This document shows, in pieces, positions 61,991-64,000 of a stretch of 64,000 nt of DNA. The first letter of the stretch is position 1. Every line of letters begins with the position of its first letter. A model generated the notes under the pieces. The model searched no databases and had not been told where the DNA came from. It saw nothing but the letters and a program-made list of their open reading frames with translations. The position numbers and the translations under genes were made by a program. Source of the stretch: Takakia lepidozioides (lineage: Eukaryota; Plantae; Bryophyta); NCBI GenBank assembly GCA_030704615.1, contig CM060732.1, positions 62,310,001-62,374,000 on the forward strand, written 5' to 3'.

Positions 61991-63749
61991 CGACCCCAAG
62001 GGGTGGTGAATCTAAACCGGGCGCATGAATGGCTAGGATAGCACTTGCGGTGTGAGGCTTTGATTCTCTTGCAGGATGGTCGGTATTCTTTCCAGATTTT
62101 TTCTCCACAGTGAGGGTCAAATCAAGTCTCACTCACTAGAAGAAATGCATGTAGCCGATGCACTCAAAAGGCTCAGTGCTGTGACCCATTAGATTCTTAA
62201 AGGATACATCATATGAGTACCTTGGCCGGTTGCCTCCAAACGGCATACATCCATCTTATATAAATTATGAAAATCCTTAGACCTGGCTGTAGAAAGTGGG
62301 TCGCAGTGAGTGGCACTATCTGTCGGGGCCATCCAGCTACTCGACAGGCAATGATTGCAGACAATGGGAGTGCATTTTCAGTGACAAACGGCTCTTTTGG
62401 TGTTGGATGGAATGTGATATGACAGAATGGTACAACTTCAAGTGATCAGCAGATCTTTGAATGCTTCGTGAGGGTCCAAGGTTTCATGCCATACATCAAG
62501 ATGTTGTGTTCCTTAAGAGGTGTCTGCCTTTTCTTCTCTTTCAGTGCGTTGCCCATGCCATCAGCACAAACGGGCTTTACGAGTTCCAGATACGACTTCC
62601 GGTTTCCATTTACTGTTCCCATTTTGATTCTCTTGACTGTGTTTGGCCCTCCGGTGTATTTGCTCTGCCGCATATTTTCAGCGGCAGCTTAGGAGGGCTC
62701 CCGTATCATGTGGGAATTCTTAGAATATCCCTGTGAACAAACAGAGAACAACTCGAATTAGAAGCTGCTGCATTGTCAAGTTCGTAGCGTTGGCTGGTCC
62801 TTCCTGCAGACATCTGCACATGCTGACGTAAAACCAAAGAAAACCAAGTGACTCTTTGTGACTTGATACAAAGGATTGACACACGCGGGGTCCAAGGGTC
62901 GTCAGAAAAGATCAATTATTTTAGCAGAACGTTGACCAGACGCAACAGCAATAGATCAACAAATCAACCTGAACAGTTTAAACTTGTAGCTGGGGATCAC
63001 TGAGCAATATAAACAGAAGGCATCCCTAGCCTGGGTAGCCACATCAATTCATTGAAACAGCTACAGTCCAGTCAGAAGAATTACTGGAGGTATGTGACCT
63101 GATCTTTCCTGTCTGTGGCAAACACTCTAGTCGTGGGTATTCGAACCCGGAAAAATATAATACCTACATTCCCCTGCCATGTTAATTGACTTAAGGAAGA
63201 TTCAATGGAATCATAATGGCGCGTCAGCTTTGAATTGTGACGAGGCCTTTGATACTTGAGAGCCTACTGAGAGTGGTATTTAGTCTCTACCTTGCAAGAG
63301 CTTACCGCAAGGGTCAGAACACAGGCCACAACTGTGTGTTACCCATTGTGTGGAGAGGACGTGAGATTTATTTGAAGATCCGCCAGGGCTGGAGTCGTAT
63401 CAGTAAGTTGGCTTTGGAGATTGGACATGAGAAGCTTAAGTAAGTAGTGCTCTTGTCAATTTTATGCCACTGGCTCTGTGCCTTACAAGGAATCTTAAGG
63501 CCCCCCAGTATCTGAAGTGACATTTGTCATGGTCAAGGTGTCCTATTGCACAAGTATAAACCAGACATCACCCAATTGAAACCCACCCTTGTTCTTTCGT
63601 TCTTTCCTATCTGTGGTAGAAAATTTTCTAGCGAAGGACTTCATAGGCAACCCATGTAATCCCTGCACACTGCAAGACCCATCACATGGTGTGATCTCCA
63701 TTCACTAACTTAAGTGTGGCATCAGTACGAGCTCTTCTACCCTCCCTTC

Positions 63750-63905
63750 CGCACTCATAGGGAGACTGCAGGTTTTTTAAGCTTTCGCCGGCTTACGACC
63801 TCAACCTCTGCAATGAAGCTTGCAGCCACTGGGCGGTGATCAAACATCACTGAGTGTCCGCATGTGTATGACAGCTCTCTTAAGCCTTTTGCCATACCAC
63901 ATGCA
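63750..63905 (-). pseudogene. Inositol polyphosphate 5-phosphatase C-terminal exon fragment, frameshifted
   Basis: Minus strand reads WYGK...ELSYT...FDHRPVAASFIAEVEVVSRRKLKK across frameshifts, resembling the plant 5PTase motif WYGKGL..LSY.R.E...SDHRPV..F..EVEV. Confidence 0.55.
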
Positions 63906-64000
63906 AATGCTCTTTCATGGCAGGGCAGCTAAGTAGCACAGATGTGGTCCTGTAAATTAAGGACAAGGCAGGCCAAGGAGTTATTGGGTGAAAATTGCAC

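Noticed and set aside
62420-62915. Exon-like minus-strand sequence upstream of ELIP
   Set aside because: Stops in all frames and no family recognised.

Overview
A repeat-dense eukaryotic window, most consistent with a non-seed land plant, probably a bryophyte (spliceosomal introns, PLS-type PPR fragments, ELIP, a Tcn1/Tf1-like self-priming chromovirus, a half-tRNA-primed Copia). Only two host genes look intact, both stress-type and on the minus strand: an ASR (ABA/WDS)-like gene (34672-35803) and an ELIP gene (60316-61385). The rest is mostly transposon debris: Ty3 remnants and two inverted LTRs of one family, CACTA pieces, LINE 3' fragments, tRNA-derived SINEs, gene fragments (RFC3, PPR, OSB-type PDF motif, inositol 5-phosphatase), and a three-level nest (Copia > Ty3 chromovirus > Pack-CACTA, 45157-60065). 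The most unusual observation is at about 24190-30370. A 7-exon gene there can be spliced by hand into a protein whose C-terminus is a bacterial-type beta-class N4-cytosine/N6-adenine DNA methyltransferase domain. It lies head-to-head with a GCM-like zinc-domain (transposase-type) gene, and the block ends in a repeat-rich terminus related to motifs elsewhere in the window. This suggests a DNA transposon family carrying its own amino-methyltransferase. This copy is disabled (3 stops, 1 frameshift). All family assignments come from motif recognition by eye; no database search was run.
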